Positions 18,669 through 28,470 of a stretch of DNA of 32,172 nt are shown here, in pieces. Made by a program: the position numbers and the translations under genes. Each line of letters starts with the position of its first letter. The first letter of the stretch is position 1. The notes under the pieces were generated by a model that saw nothing but the letters and a program-made list of their open reading frames with translations, was not told the origin of the DNA and did no database searches. This DNA comes from an uncultured Clostridia bacterium (lineage in GTDB: Bacteria; Bacillota; Clostridia; Christensenellales; UBA1242). The stretch covers positions 1 through 32,172 of the forward strand of contig CALVTI010000021.1 of the NCBI GenBank assembly GCA_944361835.1. The letters are read 5' to 3'.

Positions 18669-18677
18669 TTCGACAAA
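18669..18677 (-). promoter_or_regulatory. Spo0A box (0A box)
   Basis: TTCGACAAA, i.e. TTTGTCGAA on the minus strand, in a divergent intergenic region. Confidence 0.5.
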
Positions 18678-18799
18678 ACTAGAACTTTTTCTTTCGCATA
18701 TAAATGGTGGCAATCATTAAAATATAATCGTACTAACTTTGGCGTTTTTCTGGCTTTGTAACAAAAGATAAAAAAATGACAAATTTTTTATCCAATTCG

Positions 18800-18828
18800 T
18801 TGACAAAATATGGAGCATAATGTAAACT
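18800..18828 (+). promoter_or_regulatory. sigmaA promoter of the large surface protein
   Basis: TTGACA, 17 bp spacer, TAAACT; A/T tracts upstream. Confidence 0.75.
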
Positions 18829-18867
18829 AATCTCGTTCTAACTAAAACTTACTAATAGGAGCTTAAA

Positions 18868-21800
18868 TTGATGAAAAGATTAAAAAAACTAGCTATTGCC
18901 TTGGCATTCATTCTTAGCTTCGGCATATTCGCACCGGCCGTTAGCTTCGTGTCTGCCGAACCACTTGTTGAGACTTTTTCTATGACTGAAGGAGAAGCTA
19001 TTTCAATAGCAGGATTTAAGTCTACTGGCACTGTTGGAAATCCTATCGAATTCCCAAGCGCTACAATTAGAGACGGCGGTTCTGGCCTTACTCAAGAGAT
19101 TACAGTTAAGAATATCTATGGTAGGACTATGGAGCTTGAGGGAAACACGTTTAAACCTACCAAAAGCGGGACATACAACGTTACTTACACATTAAAAAGT
19201 GGCGAAGATGTCGTATTTGAAAAGACTTTGACCTTGACTGTGGCTGAGAGCATTGAAGGCTATGAGATGATATATCCTACAAACCCAGCTGAAATCATAC
19301 CTACTGAGATAGGTAGACCTACTGAGGGGAACGATATTACTGTAGTTCTTCCAAAAGTTACAGTAGAGCAGGACGACAAAGAAATAACTAATGCCTGGGA
19401 CGATGTGACAGCTTCTGTTACTGTAAACGGAGTTGAGACTCCACTCGAGAAAAACAGCGAGGGCTTTTTCACTTACACAGTTACTTCAGCTAGTGCACTT
19501 GGAGCATATACTTTCACATACAAATATACTTTGCAGACTACGGGAGAGTTTGTTTATGCCACCAAGACTATGCAGGTGAGTGCTGGCTACGACAACGACA
19601 CAGATTATAGAGTGTCATGGGGTAGCACTAGACCTTCTAGCGCACAGCTTGGTGTAGAGACCACACTTCCTACAGTTTCTGGCGTTGATGACGACGGAAA
19701 TGCAGTTGATGTTCACTATAAAGTCAATGTGACATACTCGAAAGACGGAAGCACTCCAGATTCAGCAAACGAAACCCTAGAGACAAGAGATGGAAGAGTT
19801 TATTTCACTCCAAACAAAGTAGGCTCATATAATGTGACCTACACTGTCACAAATTTCTTTGGCAAAGCTCCTACTGTAGCTTCTACCAGCTTTGAAATTA
19901 GATGTGACGAAGATACTAAAAGACCTACTCCAGTAGTAGTTGAACCATATGTAACTGGTGACATTGTAAATGGCGAACTTGAATACACTGAAGCGACTCA
20001 TAAGCTCGCGACTCGCACGACGCCAGAAAACATAATGATTTATCCTATTTGGGCAGACGATAATGCAAACAAGTATGTAGAAAACAACTTGACTCTTTAC
20101 AGAACTATCATGAATAGTTCTGGAGATACGATTTTCGATGAGACTGAGCTCAAGGGTGACTATGCAGGGAAAATTCTTGTCATAAATCCTAGCGCTGAAA
20201 TTATAGCTCAAATGGAGAGCGCTGATGTGGCAGATTCCACAGTTCTCCTTAAGGGCTACACCAAAGCTCAGCTTTACATCTTGGGAGAAGACGTAGTTAA
20301 GCTCAACGATGGTTCAAACTACACTATTTACTATATGGCTAAGGATGCTCAGTCCAATGAGAACTCAGCATCTTATACAATGAGAGTGAGCTCTACAGAA
20401 GACACAGATGCTCCTACAATCACCTTTACAGAGAACCTTCCTGATGCAGTTATGCTCGATGAGCTCATTAGCTTTACAAGACCTACTGCTACAGATGTAG
20501 ACAATGTAGACACAAGAATGCTTGTTGACGTGACATACAAGCTCTACAGAGCTGAGGTCGAGGTAGACCTCGAACAAGAGGAGAATGCAAGCCTTAGAGA
20601 CCTTCTTGTTTACAATGAAGACACAGCTAGATATGAAATTACAATTTCAGACTCTACTATCACAAGACTTGAGATTATCGCATCGACAGAAGACGATGCT
20701 GGAAACCCTGCTGAAGAGATTAAGAGTGTAGTAGTCGTTTCATCAGGCGACACTCAAGCTACTGAGATAAAAGAAGTTGAGGCAGGTTCTCTTGTGGGAG
20801 AGAATGAGGCAGTACAATACGAACCTGTAACTCTTCCTACTATAACTTACACAGAAGACCTTCCACAATATACAAAAATAAGCTTCTATATCGTTCACAG
20901 CGCGACCGGCACAGTTTATGATGTTTCATTAAATCAAAATGATGGCTATAGCTATGAGCTCACAGATGATGGAATGAAGATTTCTGGAGCAAAATTCACT
21001 CCTACAAAATCTGGACAATATGACATTTATGTGACTACAGAAGATGCTGCTGGAAACATTACTGTTCAAAAGTTTGACCTTGGCGTCATTGGAAACATGA
21101 ATGAAGCAGATATGAAGTTTGAAAATCTTCCATCAACAATCTCAGGCGGAACCCTTGAGCTTGGAGAGTCAGCTTCACTTCCTATTCCTACTATAAACCT
21201 TGAAGAGGGTTACTCCTACACTTATAGGGTAGTTAAGGTGTCTGGCCCAGATGGTGCAGTTTTGAGCAACAATATGTTTACACCATCTAAGGTCGGGACT
21301 TACGAACTTCAATATGTTGCAGACATCACAGACGCTCTTGATTCTACTACAACTATAAGAAGCAAAGTATATCAAGTCGAAGTTGTTGATACTACTGGTC
21401 CAACTATAAACGATGTTTACTACAAGCCTCAATATCAAATGAGCGAAGGCATTGCAATTATCCTTCCAGGCGCGTATGATATTAGCGGAATAGATTATAC
21501 TCAGTCTACAGTTACTATCTCTTCATCTAGAACTAACAGAACTTATAAATTGAGTGATCTTGCTAATGAAAGCTATGTAACTGACAACAACATTGAGTTT
21601 GATCAAAACGGCGACATTCTCTACACTTTCCCAAATGACAATCTTGTTTATACCATAACATACAGCTTTACAGACACTTTGGGACAAACCACAGAGAGAT
21701 CTTATACAGTGAATGTTGGCGACACTGAACAACCAAGACTTGTCGTTGATGACTCACTCTTTAAAGGCATTTACTCGCTCACAGAGATGAGAAATAACCC

Positions 21801-22170
21801 ACTTGTTATCGACGTGGCAAAAATAACAGCTACAGACAATATCGAACTCGCAGAAGACTGGGTAGCTGACCACCTTGAGGTTACAGTTAGAAACATTGAT
21901 ACAGGAACGACCTTTACTTCTACCTCCCAAGGCTCTTTCACTTACAATCTTACCGAAGCAGGCCGTTATGAAGTTACTTTCATAATTGAAGACGCTGCTG
22001 GAAATGAGAGAAAAGTTGAAAGAAGGTTTGAAGTGACTGAAGAAGGAAATCCTGGAATGAACACTGAGGAAATCATAGGAACAGTTTTGATTGTAATTTC
22101 AGTGCTTGTTCTTGCAGGTGTAATCGTATACTTCATCGTTTCTAAGAAAAAGCTTGAAGGCAAAAAATAG
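18868..22170 (+). CDS. Large acidic cell-surface protein with tandem Ig-like beta-sandwich repeats and C-terminal TM anchor
   Basis: Signal peptide MKRLKK...VSA; recurring FxPxKxGxYxVxY, DTxxPT and LPxV motifs; C-terminal TM plus KKK tail. AGGAG RBS, start at TTG 18868 or ATG 18871. Confidence 0.85.
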   Translation: MMKRLKKLAIALAFILSFGIFAPAVSFVSAEPLVETFSMTEGEAISIAGFKSTGTVGNPIEFPSATIRDGGSGLTQEITVKNIYGRTMELEGNTFKPTKSGTYNVTYTLKSGEDVVFEKTLTLTVAESIEGYEMIYPTNPAEIIPTEIGRPTEGNDITVVLPKVTVEQDDKEITNAWDDVTASVTVNGVETPLEKNSEGFFTYTVTSASALGAYTFTYKYTLQTTGEFVYATKTMQVSAGYDNDTDYRVSWGSTRPSSAQLGVETTLPTVSGVDDDGNAVDVHYKVNVTYSKDGSTPDSANETLETRDGRVYFTPNKVGSYNVTYTVTNFFGKAPTVASTSFEIRCDEDTKRPTPVVVEPYVTGDIVNGELEYTEATHKLATRTTPENIMIYPIWADDNANKYVENNLTLYRTIMNSSGDTIFDETELKGDYAGKILVINPSAEIIAQMESADVADSTVLLKGYTKAQLYILGEDVVKLNDGSNYTIYYMAKDAQSNENSASYTMRVSSTEDTDAPTITFTENLPDAVMLDELISFTRPTATDVDNVDTRMLVDVTYKLYRAEVEVDLEQEENASLRDLLVYNEDTARYEITISDSTITRLEIIASTEDDAGNPAEEIKSVVVVSSGDTQATEIKEVEAGSLVGENEAVQYEPVTLPTITYTEDLPQYTKISFYIVHSATGTVYDVSLNQNDGYSYELTDDGMKISGAKFTPTKSGQYDIYVTTEDAAGNITVQKFDLGVIGNMNEADMKFENLPSTISGGTLELGESASLPIPTINLEEGYSYTYRVVKVSGPDGAVLSNNMFTPSKVGTYELQYVADITDALDSTTTIRSKVYQVEVVDTTGPTINDVYYKPQYQMSEGIAIILPGAYDISGIDYTQSTVTISSSRTNRTYKLSDLANESYVTDNNIEFDQNGDILYTFPNDNLVYTITYSFTDTLGQTTERSYTVNVGDTEQPRLVVDDSLFKGIYSLTEMRNNPLVIDVAKITATDNIELAEDWVADHLEVTVRNIDTGTTFTSTSQGSFTYNLTEAGRYEVTFIIEDAAGNERKVERRFEVTEEGNPGMNTEEIIGTVLIVISVLVLAGVIVYFIVSKKKLEGKK

Positions 22171-22174
22171 AATT

Positions 22175-22208
22175 AAAAAATTCTAGCAAAAACTGCTAGA
22201 ATTTTTTT
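22175..22208 (+). terminator. Intrinsic terminator
   Basis: AAAAAATTCTAGCA-AAAAC-TGCTAGAATTTTTTT. Confidence 0.9.
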
Positions 22209-22214
22209 ATGTCT

Positions 22215-22243
22215 GCTTAAAAAAAACTGTTTGGGTAAAAATA
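22215..22243 (+). promoter_or_regulatory. sigmaF-like promoter, leaderless geometry
   Basis: GCTTA, 14 bp spacer, GGTAAAAATA (GGnnAnAnTA), then 6 nt to the ATG; no SD sequence. Confidence 0.5.
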
Positions 22244-22249
22244 AATTAT

Positions 22250-22621
22250 ATGTTGGATATAAGGAGTAAGATAGTTTTAAGGTATTTAATAAAGCAGTGT
22301 TATGAAGGCTCTTATAAGATTATTGAAATAGATGACATAATTTCTTGCCTGCCTCAAAAGTACGGCGCGGATAGAGAGAGCGTCAAACAAATAGTAAATC
22401 ATTTGGCTTCTACTGACTACATATCCGTGAAGTATAGTGACGAAGATGTATATTGTCTCAGCGCTTTGCCTTTCGGCAGGCAGTATGTCGAGAGTGAAGA
22501 GGAACAAGAAAAAAAGTCCAAAAAGCTCAAATCCGTAGCTAGAGGCGCATATATTGCCCTATTCTTTATTGCATTATTAGGCGCATTTTTGGGAACACTT
22601 ATCTATAATATTCTTTTCTAG
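22250..22621 (+). CDS. Hypothetical protein, predicted winged-helix domain plus C-terminal TM helix (paralog A)
   Basis: Three amphipathic helices, L...DYI wing strand, YC.....G..Y, basic linker, terminal hydrophobic helix. Confidence 0.8.
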   Translation: MLDIRSKIVLRYLIKQCYEGSYKIIEIDDIISCLPQKYGADRESVKQIVNHLASTDYISVKYSDEDVYCLSALPFGRQYVESEEEQEKKSKKLKSVARGAYIALFFIALLGAFLGTLIYNILF

Positions 22622-22630
22622 AGAGGATAT

Positions 22631-22993
22631 GTGTTAGACAGGAAGGAAAGACTCGTTATGGAATTTTTGAGCAAGGTGTGCACAGACAAGCGTTCATACC
22701 TTATTTCTGCAAACCAAATTGCAGAATATGTATCAAAAAAATATGTCTTGCCTGTCGCTGAACTGGACGATATTATGATTTCTCTTTCAAAAGACAACTA
22801 TCTTGACTTTGTCGTCAGCGATGGCAAACGAGGATATTTCTATTGTATAAACTTAAAAAACAAAGGCTTGACTTATCAAAGAGATGTAAGAAAACACAAA
22901 AAAGAAGTAGCCCTTTTACTGCTTAGGACGCTAGGCATAACAATTCTTTCTTTTGTACTCGGCATTTTGTTAAAAGCAATATTTGGTGGCTAG
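22631..22993 (+). CDS. Hypothetical protein, predicted winged-helix domain plus C-terminal TM helix (paralog B)
   Basis: GTG start behind GAGAGGA; aligns end to end by eye with the upstream gene. Confidence 0.8.
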   Translation: MLDRKERLVMEFLSKVCTDKRSYLISANQIAEYVSKKYVLPVAELDDIMISLSKDNYLDFVVSDGKRGYFYCINLKNKGLTYQRDVRKHKKEVALLLLRTLGITILSFVLGILLKAIFGG

Positions 22994-22997
22994 ATAC

Positions 22998-23026
22998 TTG
23001 AATAGGTGAGCAAATGGTGGTATAAT
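22998..23026 (+). promoter_or_regulatory. sigmaA promoter of uvrBA with extended -10, leaderless geometry
   Basis: TTGAAT, 17 bp spacer, TGgTATAAT, then 7 nt to ATG 23034. Confidence 0.75.
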
Positions 23027-23033
23027 GATAGGA

Positions 23034-24992
23034 ATGGAAGAAAGAAAATTTGAACTAGTGAGCAAATTTAAGCCTTCTGGCGACCAGCCTGAGGCCATCG
23101 AAAAGCTGGTCGAAGGTGTCGAAGATGGGCTTCAGTCTCAGGTGTTACTTGGTGTGACGGGAAGCGGAAAGACCTTTACTATGGCAAACATAATTCAAAA
23201 GGTAAACAGGCCGACGCTCGTCATAGCTCACAATAAGACCTTGGCTGCCCAGCTCTGTAACGAGTTTAGGGAGTTTTTTCCAAACAATAGAGTTGAGTTT
23301 TTTGTCTCATACTATGACTACTATCAGCCTGAAGCATATATTGTAAGCTCAGACACTTATATTGAAAAAGATATGGCTGTAAACGAAGAGATAGACAAAC
23401 TTCGAAACTCAGCCACAGCTTCGCTCCTTGAGAGGAGCGACACTATTGTTGTGGCCTCAGTTTCGTGTATTTATGGCCTCGGCAACCCAGAAGAATATTT
23501 AAACCTTCAGATTTCACTTAGAGAAGGCCAACAGATCTCCCGAAACGAAGTCATGAAAAACCTAATAGCCATTCAATACACTCGCAACGAGGTAGATTTT
23601 CATCGTACGACTTTTAGAGCTAAGGGAGATGTCTTAGATATCTTTCCTGCAAACAGCTCGGAGATTGCTATAAGAGTAGAGTTTTTTGGAGATGAAATCG
23701 ATAAAATATATGAGTTTGAGGCCGTTTCTGGGCATGTTTTAAGCACTTTAAAGCATGTTTCGATTTATCCCGCCAGTCACTATGCTGTGGGCTCACAGAG
23801 GCTAAAAGACGCCTTAGAGCGCATTGAGGCTGACATGAGAGAAGAAGTCAAAGTGTTTGAGGAGCAGGGCAAACTCATAGAGGCACAAAGACTCAAAGAG
23901 AGAGTCATGTACGACCTCGAGATGATGCGAGAGGTGGGATATTGCAACGGGATAGAAAACTATTCTAGATATTTTGACGGGAGAGATATAGGAGACCCGC
24001 CATTTACGCTCATGGACTATTTCCCGAGTGGATACCTCACTCTCATAGACGAAAGCCACATGACCATTCCACAGATCAGGGCTATGTATAATGGCGATAG
24101 GGCTAGAAAGACAAGCCTTGTCGAATATGGCTTTAGGCTAAAGGCGGCTTTTGACAACAGGCCTCTAAATTTTACAGAGTTCAACCAAAAGCTTGGTCAA
24201 ACTGTTTATATCTCAGCCACCCCAGCTAAATATGAGCTAGAAAAGGCTGGTCAAGTAGTAGAACAGATTATTAGACCAACAGGGCTTTTAGACCCGATCG
24301 TCGAAGTAGTGCCTACCGATGGGCAGATTGAGAGACTTTTGTTTGAAGTGGACAAAGTCATTAAAAAAGGCAACAGGGTCTTGGTTACAACGCTGACAAA
24401 GAAGATGGCTGAGAGTCTTAGCGCCTACCTCATTGAGAGAGAAATTAAGACAAAGTATCTCCATAGCGAAATAGATACCATGGAGAGAATAGAGATATTA
24501 AATGGGCTTAGGAGTGGCGAGTTTGACGTGCTAGTGGGCATTAACCTCTTAAGAGAGGGGCTAGATTTGCCTGAGGTAGAGCTAGTGTGTATTTTAGACG
24601 CTGACAAAGAAGGTTTTCTTAGAAGCGAAGGCGCTCTCATACAGACGATTGGAAGAGTGGCGAGAAATAGTGAGGGCAGAGTTATAATGTTTGCAGACAC
24701 CATCACAGACTCCATGAGGCGAGCTATAGACGAGACGAGCAGGAGAAGAAAAATACAGGAAGAATACAACAAGGCGCACAACATTATTCCTAAAACCATT
24801 AAAAAAGAGGTCAAAAACACTCTTGAAATCACAAAGAAAGTCACAGCTGACGGCATGGAGAAGAAGGAAGTTCCTAAAGAGATAGAAAGACTTAAAGGCC
24901 TCATGAAAGTCGCCTCTAGCCAGCTTGACTTTGAGACCGCTATAGAGCTTAGAAACAAGATTGCAGAACTAAAGAAATTTATGAAAGAATAG
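23034..24992 (+). CDS. uvrB: Excinuclease ABC subunit B
   Basis: [42 protein letters not shown]. The track ATG at 23025 overlaps the -10 box, so 23034 is preferred. Confidence 0.98.
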   Translation: MEERKFELVSKFKPSGDQPEAIEKLVEGVEDGLQSQVLLGVTGSGKTFTMANIIQKVNRPTLVIAHNKTLAAQLCNEFREFFPNNRVEFFVSYYDYYQPEAYIVSSDTYIEKDMAVNEEIDKLRNSATASLLERSDTIVVASVSCIYGLGNPEEYLNLQISLREGQQISRNEVMKNLIAIQYTRNEVDFHRTTFRAKGDVLDIFPANSSEIAIRVEFFGDEIDKIYEFEAVSGHVLSTLKHVSIYPASHYAVGSQRLKDALERIEADMREEVKVFEEQGKLIEAQRLKERVMYDLEMMREVGYCNGIENYSRYFDGRDIGDPPFTLMDYFPSGYLTLIDESHMTIPQIRAMYNGDRARKTSLVEYGFRLKAAFDNRPLNFTEFNQKLGQTVYISATPAKYELEKAGQVVEQIIRPTGLLDPIVEVVPTDGQIERLLFEVDKVIKKGNRVLVTTLTKKMAESLSAYLIEREIKTKYLHSEIDTMERIEILNGLRSGEFDVLVGINLLREGLDLPEVELVCILDADKEGFLRSEGALIQTIGRVARNSEGRVIMFADTITDSMRRAIDETSRRRKIQEEYNKAHNIIPKTIKKEVKNTLEITKKVTADGMEKKEVPKEIERLKGLMKVASSQLDFETAIELRNKIAELKKFMKE

Positions 24993-25000
24993 GTGAAGAT

Positions 25001-27790
25001 ATGGAAAATGAGTTTATAAAAGTTGTGGGAGCTAAAGAAAACAATTTAAAAAATGTATCTTTAGAAATTCCTAGAAATAAATTGGTCGTATTTTCAGGCG
25101 TGAGTGGCTCAGGCAAGAGCACACTGGCTTTTGACACTATTTTTGCCGAGGGGCAGAGGCGTTATGTCGAAAGCCTCTCCTCTTATGCAAGAATGTTTTT
25201 GGGCCAAACTCAAAAGCCTGATGTCGAAAGCATAGAGGGGCTTTCGCCCTCTATTTCGATAGACCAGAAGAGCACCAACCACAACCCTCGCTCTACTGTG
25301 GGAACAGTGACTGAGATATATGACTATATTAGACTGCTCTATTCTCGAATTGGTGTTCCGTATTGCCCAAACTGTAACAAACCTATTGAAAAACAGAGCG
25401 TAGACCAGATAGTAGACAAGATTATGGAGTATGGTGAAGGCGAAAAAATCCTTATCCTCGCCCCTGTAATTAGAGCGCAAAAAGGCGCTCAGGCCAAACT
25501 TTTTGAAAGCCTCAAGAAAAGCGGGTTTGTAAGAGTTCAGGTAGATGGAAATATATATACGCTTGATGAGGAAATTACGCTTGACAAAAACCTCAAACAT
25601 ACGATCTCTGTCGTGGTGGACAGGCTCGTAATCAAAGAGGGCATAGAGGGAAGGCTCACTGAGAGTCTTGAGACGGCTCTAAAGCTCGCTGAGGGGCTCG
25701 TCATCTGTGCTCACAATGAAGAAGAGGAGCTATTCTCGACAAACTTCGCTTGCCCGACCTGCGGATTTTCTCTTGAGGAAATCACGCCAAGGCTGTTTTC
25801 CTTCAACAATCCGTTTGGGGCTTGTCCACACTGTACTGGTCTTGGCTACACTGAAGACATAGACCCGTCTAAAGTGCTGAAAAACGCTCATCTTTCAATA
25901 AGAGAGGGAGCTTTTAACCTCACAGGTTGGAACATAGACGCAGGCGCCATGGCGAGAGCATATTTTGAAATGGTCTCGAAAAAGTTTGATATAGACCTCG
26001 ACACGCCTGTAAACAAACTGCCTAAAGAAAAGCTTCATATTCTCCTCTACGGCTCGACCGAACCTCTTCCAAACGGCCATAAGTTTGAGGGACTTGCCAA
26101 CAACTTAAAGAGGCGATATCATGAGACAAACAGTGAGTTTGTAAAATATGAAATAGGAAAGTTCATGAGTGAGCAAACTTGCGCTGTCTGCCATGGCGCG
26201 AGGCTCAATCAAAATGCGCTCTGCGTAAAAGTTGATAGAAAAAATATCACAGAGCTCTGCAATATGAGCGTAGAAAAGCTATATGACTATCTTGAAAACT
26301 TAAAGCTCAAAAAAGCTGATGAAAATATTGCTGAAAGCATATTAAAAGAGATTAAGGCAAGATTAAAATTCCTCATAGATGTCGGGCTTAGCTATCTCAC
26401 TCTTTCTAGAAGCGCAGAGACGCTGAGCGGTGGCGAGTCTCAAAGAATAAGGCTGGCTACACAGATCGGCAGCGGGCTTGTCGGCGTATTATATATCTTG
26501 GACGAGCCTAGCATAGGCCTCCATCAAAGGGACAACGAAAAGCTTTTAAACACGCTTTTTAAGCTTAGAGACCTTGGAAACACCCTTATTGTGGTAGAGC
26601 ATGATGAGGATACCATCAGGAGCGCGGACTACATTGTTGATGTAGGTCCTCTCGCTGGTGTGCACGGAGGCGAGATTGTGGCTGTGGGGACATACGACGA
26701 TATCGTAGCTGAGCCAAAATCTATCACGGGGCAGTTTTTGAGCGGTAAACAAAAGATTGAAGTGCCAAAGTCAAGAAGGGCGCCTTTTGGCTATTTGGAA
26801 ATAACGGGAGCCAAACAAAATAATCTTAAAAACATCGACGTCAAAATACCTCTTGGTGTATTTACGGCAGTCACTGGAGTTTCTGGTAGCGGAAAGAGCA
26901 GTCTTGTGAATGGGATATTGTATCCGTTCCTTTCGAATGTGCTAAACAGAAGTAGACTAGAGCTTGGGAAATACAAGTCTATCAAAAATGTCGAGCTTCT
27001 TGACAAAGTAATTCAAATTGACCAAGCCCCAATAGGCAGAACTCCTAGAAGCAATCCGGCGACCTACACAGGTGTGTTTACGCCAATAAGAGACCTATTT
27101 GCTCAAACTCAAGACGCTAAAGAGCGAGGTTATTCTTCAGGAAGGTTTAGCTTCAACGTGAAGGGCGGAAGGTGTGAAGTCTGCGAGGGCGCAGGCGTCA
27201 AAGAAATAGAAATGTATTTCTTGCCAGATATTGAAGTGCCTTGTGAGGCTTGTAAAGGCAAGCGTTATAACAGAGAGACGCTTGAAGTCAAATATAAAGG
27301 GAAGTCTATCTACGACGTCCTAAACATGACGGTAGAAGAAGCTCTCAAATTTTTCGAAAACATTCCACAAATCTACAATAAGATTAAGGCTCTTGACGAC
27401 GTTGGGCTTGGGTATATAAAGCTAGGTCAGTCGGCCACTACGCTGAGCGGAGGCGAAGCGCAAAGAGTAAAACTAGCTACCGAGCTCGCTAAACGTGGCA
27501 CAGGCAAGACTATCTACATTTTGGATGAGCCGACGACAGGGCTTCATATGTATGATGTCAAAAAATTGATAAACATCCTCCAGCGCCTCGTCGACAATGG
27601 TAATACTGTTTTGGTAATAGAGCATAACCTAGATGTAATTAAGTCAGCAGATTACATCATAGACCTAGGGTCTGAAGGCGGAGATGGCGGTGGAGAGGTC
27701 GTGGCTACTGGCACACCTGAAGAAGTGGCCCAAAACCCTGCTTCGCATACAGCAAGGTTCCTAAAAGATATTTTAAAAGACAGCAAATAG
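25001..27790 (+). CDS. uvrA: Excinuclease ABC subunit A
   Basis: Two GVSGSGKS Walker A motifs, LSGGE signatures, zinc fingers, [11 protein letters not shown]. Confidence 0.99.
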   Translation: MENEFIKVVGAKENNLKNVSLEIPRNKLVVFSGVSGSGKSTLAFDTIFAEGQRRYVESLSSYARMFLGQTQKPDVESIEGLSPSISIDQKSTNHNPRSTVGTVTEIYDYIRLLYSRIGVPYCPNCNKPIEKQSVDQIVDKIMEYGEGEKILILAPVIRAQKGAQAKLFESLKKSGFVRVQVDGNIYTLDEEITLDKNLKHTISVVVDRLVIKEGIEGRLTESLETALKLAEGLVICAHNEEEELFSTNFACPTCGFSLEEITPRLFSFNNPFGACPHCTGLGYTEDIDPSKVLKNAHLSIREGAFNLTGWNIDAGAMARAYFEMVSKKFDIDLDTPVNKLPKEKLHILLYGSTEPLPNGHKFEGLANNLKRRYHETNSEFVKYEIGKFMSEQTCAVCHGARLNQNALCVKVDRKNITELCNMSVEKLYDYLENLKLKKADENIAESILKEIKARLKFLIDVGLSYLTLSRSAETLSGGESQRIRLATQIGSGLVGVLYILDEPSIGLHQRDNEKLLNTLFKLRDLGNTLIVVEHDEDTIRSADYIVDVGPLAGVHGGEIVAVGTYDDIVAEPKSITGQFLSGKQKIEVPKSRRAPFGYLEITGAKQNNLKNIDVKIPLGVFTAVTGVSGSGKSSLVNGILYPFLSNVLNRSRLELGKYKSIKNVELLDKVIQIDQAPIGRTPRSNPATYTGVFTPIRDLFAQTQDAKERGYSSGRFSFNVKGGRCEVCEGAGVKEIEMYFLPDIEVPCEACKGKRYNRETLEVKYKGKSIYDVLNMTVEEALKFFENIPQIYNKIKALDDVGLGYIKLGQSATTLSGGEAQRVKLATELAKRGTGKTIYILDEPTTGLHMYDVKKLINILQRLVDNGNTVLVIEHNLDVIKSADYIIDLGSEGGDGGGEVVATGTPEEVAQNPASHTARFLKDILKDSK

Positions 27791-27800
27791 CTGTCTTTTA
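27774..27800. terminator. Bidirectional terminator overlapping both stop codons
   Basis: TAAAAGACAGC-AAATA-GCTGTCTTTTA, 11-bp perfect stem. Confidence 0.8.
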
Positions 27801-28397
27801 TAATATTATGTCATTTAGCTCATCAGCTCGAGCAAGAGCTTCGCTCACAGCTTTTTGATGAGCTTCATCTACACGCTTTGTGCCGTGAGTCTTGCTGTTT
27901 AGAAAATGTATGCAGGTATGACCGTCCTGGCCGTTGTTTTCTATGAGCGAATAGCCGTGAGGCATGCCGTTTATGCTCGCCGCGACAAAGACTCCGTTTA
28001 TCTCAACCCAAACAGGTCTCCTTGTCCAGCTCCACTCATAGTTGTAGAGCGAGTGAAATTTGTTCATGTTTGTCCTGTCGATAGGCTCGACGTCGGCATG
28101 GTTATAGCCTCCGGTGCGTTTGACATAATACTGCGTTTTGGTGTTCACGTCTATGACTCGTGTGGTCACATATTTTTCAAAGAAGGTGTCCACGACCTCA
28201 AACCAGTCGAGACTTACGACCTCAACTTTAGGCTTTGTCTCTGTGATAGTTTCTTCACCTTCATTTTCGTCGTTTATGATTTGTTGCTGGCCGTAGGTGA
28301 GAGTTCCACTTGTGAAGAGCGGATAGGAAAAGACGCTAGAAAGTCCTAGCGAAACAAAAAGCGTTATGGTTAAAAAATAACACATGAATTGTCTCAC
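27798..28397 (-). CDS. Exported hypothetical protein with HG-x12-HxC motif, possible peptidoglycan-active enzyme
   Basis: N-terminal hydrophobic segment, acidic linker, then HADVEP...WSWTRRP...AASINGMPHG...GHTCIHF..S.THG. Start at GTG 28397 or ATG 28385. Confidence 0.75.
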   Translation of the reverse strand: MRQFMCYFLTITLFVSLGLSSVFSYPLFTSGTLTYGQQQIINDENEGEETITETKPKVEVVSLDWFEVVDTFFEKYVTTRVIDVNTKTQYYVKRTGGYNHADVEPIDRTNMNKFHSLYNYEWSWTRRPVWVEINGVFVAASINGMPHGYSLIENNGQDGHTCIHFLNSKTHGTKRVDEAHQKAVSEALARADELNDIIL

Positions 28398-28405
28398 AAC
28401 TATAT

Positions 28406-28414
28406 TTTGTCGAA
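28406..28414 (+). promoter_or_regulatory. Spo0A box (0A box)
   Basis: TTTGTCGAA(AAA) in the 73-bp divergent intergenic region. Confidence 0.55.
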
Positions 28415-28436
28415 AAAAGTAAAAATTATTTATCTA

Positions 28437-28464
28437 TCATAAAAACCACAAGTGAAAATATATT
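28437..28464 (+). promoter_or_regulatory. sigmaE-like promoter, leaderless geometry
   Basis: TCATAAA, 13 bp spacer, AATATATT, then 6 nt to the ATG; no SD sequence. Confidence 0.55.
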
Positions 28465-28470
28465 TATATT

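Noticed and set aside
18750-18790. Imperfect palindromes TTTGTAACAAA and AAAAAATGACAAATTTTTT as operators
   Set aside because: They are short and AT-rich, so expected by chance, and no cognate regulator is evident
22040-22170. Sortase anchor on the large surface protein
   Set aside because: No LPxTG-like motif precedes the TM helix. NPGMN is too weak a match to call
27906-28349. 147-aa plus-strand ORF, and similarly 24425-24958, 25109-25600 and 29606-30022
   Set aside because: They lie antisense to better-supported genes and show no motifs or RBS
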